Shown here piece by piece: positions 47,288 through 48,520 of a DNA stretch of 48,520 nucleotides. The notes beneath the pieces were generated by a model that was not told the DNA's origin, did no database searches, and was given only the letters and a program-made list of their open reading frames with translations. The position numbers and the translations under genes were made by a program. The stretch is from Ranitomeya imitator (lineage: Eukaryota). Location: NCBI RefSeq assembly GCF_032444005.1, contig NC_091287.1, forward strand, positions 563,409,481 through 563,458,000, in the 5' to 3' direction. Positions within the stretch are counted from its first letter, which is position 1. Every line of letters starts with the position of its first letter.

Positions 47288-48520
47288 ATAGTAACATAGT
47301 TAGTAAGGCCGAAAAAAGACATTTGTCCATCCAGTTCAGCCTATATTCCATCATAATAAATCCCCAGATCTACGTCCTTCTACAGAACCTAATTGTATGA
47401 TACAATATTGTTCTGCTCCAGGAAGACATCCAGGCCTCTCTTGAACCCCTCGACTGAGTTCGCCATCACCACCTCCTCAGGCAAGCAATTCCAGATTCTC
47501 ACTGCCCTAACAGTAAAGAATCCTCTTCTATGTTGGTGGAAAAACCTTCTCTCCTCCAGACGCAAAGAATGCCCCCTTGTGCCCGTCACCTTCCTTGGTA
47601 TAAACAGATCCTCAGCGAGATATTTGTATTGTCCCCTCATATACTTATACATGGTTATTAGATCGCCCCTCAGTCGTCTTTTTTCTAGACTAAATAATCC
47701 TAATTTCGCTAATCTATCTGGGTATTGTAGTTCTCCCATCCCCTTTATTAATTTTGTTGCCCTCCTTTGTACTCTCTCTAGTTCCATTATATCCTTCCTG
47801 AGCACCGGTGCCCAAAACTGGACACAGTACTCCATGTGCGGTCTAACTAGGGATTTGTACAGAGGCAGTATAATGCTCTCATCATGTGTATCCAGACCTC
47901 TTTTAATGCACCCCATGATCCTGTTTGCCTTGGCAGCTGCTGCCTGGCACTGGCTGCTCCAGGTAAGTTTATCATTAACTAGGATCCCCAAGTCCTTCTC
48001 CCTGTCAGATTTACCCAGTGGTTTCCCGTTCAGTGTGTAATGGTGATATTGATTCCCTCTTCCCATGTGTATAACCTTACATTTATCATTGTTAAACCTC
48101 ATCTGCCACCTTTCAGCCCAAGTTTCCAACTTATCCAGATCCATCTGTAGCAGAATACTATCTTCTCTTGTATTAACTGCTTTACATAGTTTTGTATCAT
48201 CTGCAAATATCGATATTTTACTGTGTAAACCTTCTACCAGATCATTAATGAATATGTTGAAGAGAACAGGTCCCAATACTGACCCCTGCGGTCCCCACTG
48301 GTCACAGCGACCCAGTTAGAGACTATACCATTTATAACCACCCTCTGCTTTCTATCACTAAGCCAGTTACTAACCCATTTACACACATGTTCCCCCAGAC
48401 CAAGCATTCTCATTTTGTGTACCAACCTCTTGTGCGGCACGGTATCAAACGCTTTGGAAAAATCGAGATATACCACGTCCAATGACTCACCGTGGTCCAG
48501 TCTATAGCTTACCTCTTCAT
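47288..48520 (-). mobile_element. CR1 LINE, same family as 1179-2436, continuing beyond the window; frameshifted
   Basis: Near-identical RT and 3' UTR; 8-mer tail at 47288-47305; 1-bp deletion near 48292 (GGGGACC versus GGGGTACC). Confidence 0.95.

Noticed and set aside
42127-47354. ORFs of 1000-1731 aa
   Set aside because: They are translations of the stop-free 48-bp satellite in several frames on both strands, with no domain content.

Overview
Vertebrate genomic DNA, probably anuran amphibian (inferred from the repeat families, not proven). It holds a replication-dependent histone cluster: H2A, H2B, H4, H3 and H1 on the minus strand at 2.5-10.4 kb, and a divergent H2B/H2A pair at 36.4-37.5 kb. 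The cluster is split by a 21.6-kb hAT DNA transposon with perfect 11-bp TIRs, a perfect 8-bp TSD and an intact 1102-aa BED-finger transposase. Its interior is mostly a 535-bp tandem array plus six ~1-kb foldback units. Other elements are two near-identical CR1 LINE copies, an L2-like 3' fragment, a Helitron-like end and several independent minisatellites. Main highlights: (i) three tandem arrays built from the histone 3'-processing signal itself (stem 3' arm, ACCCA cut site, U7-binding HDE) behind both H2B genes and H1; (ii) a complete type I hammerhead ribozyme on the sense strand ~295 nt downstream of an H2A gene that has lost its stem-loop; (iii) the giant hAT with loop-flipped foldbacks; (iv) both H2B cores replaced by exactly 285 N at identical boundaries, which looks like masking rather than assembly gaps. 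Coordinates were counted by eye, and repeat ends are approximate.
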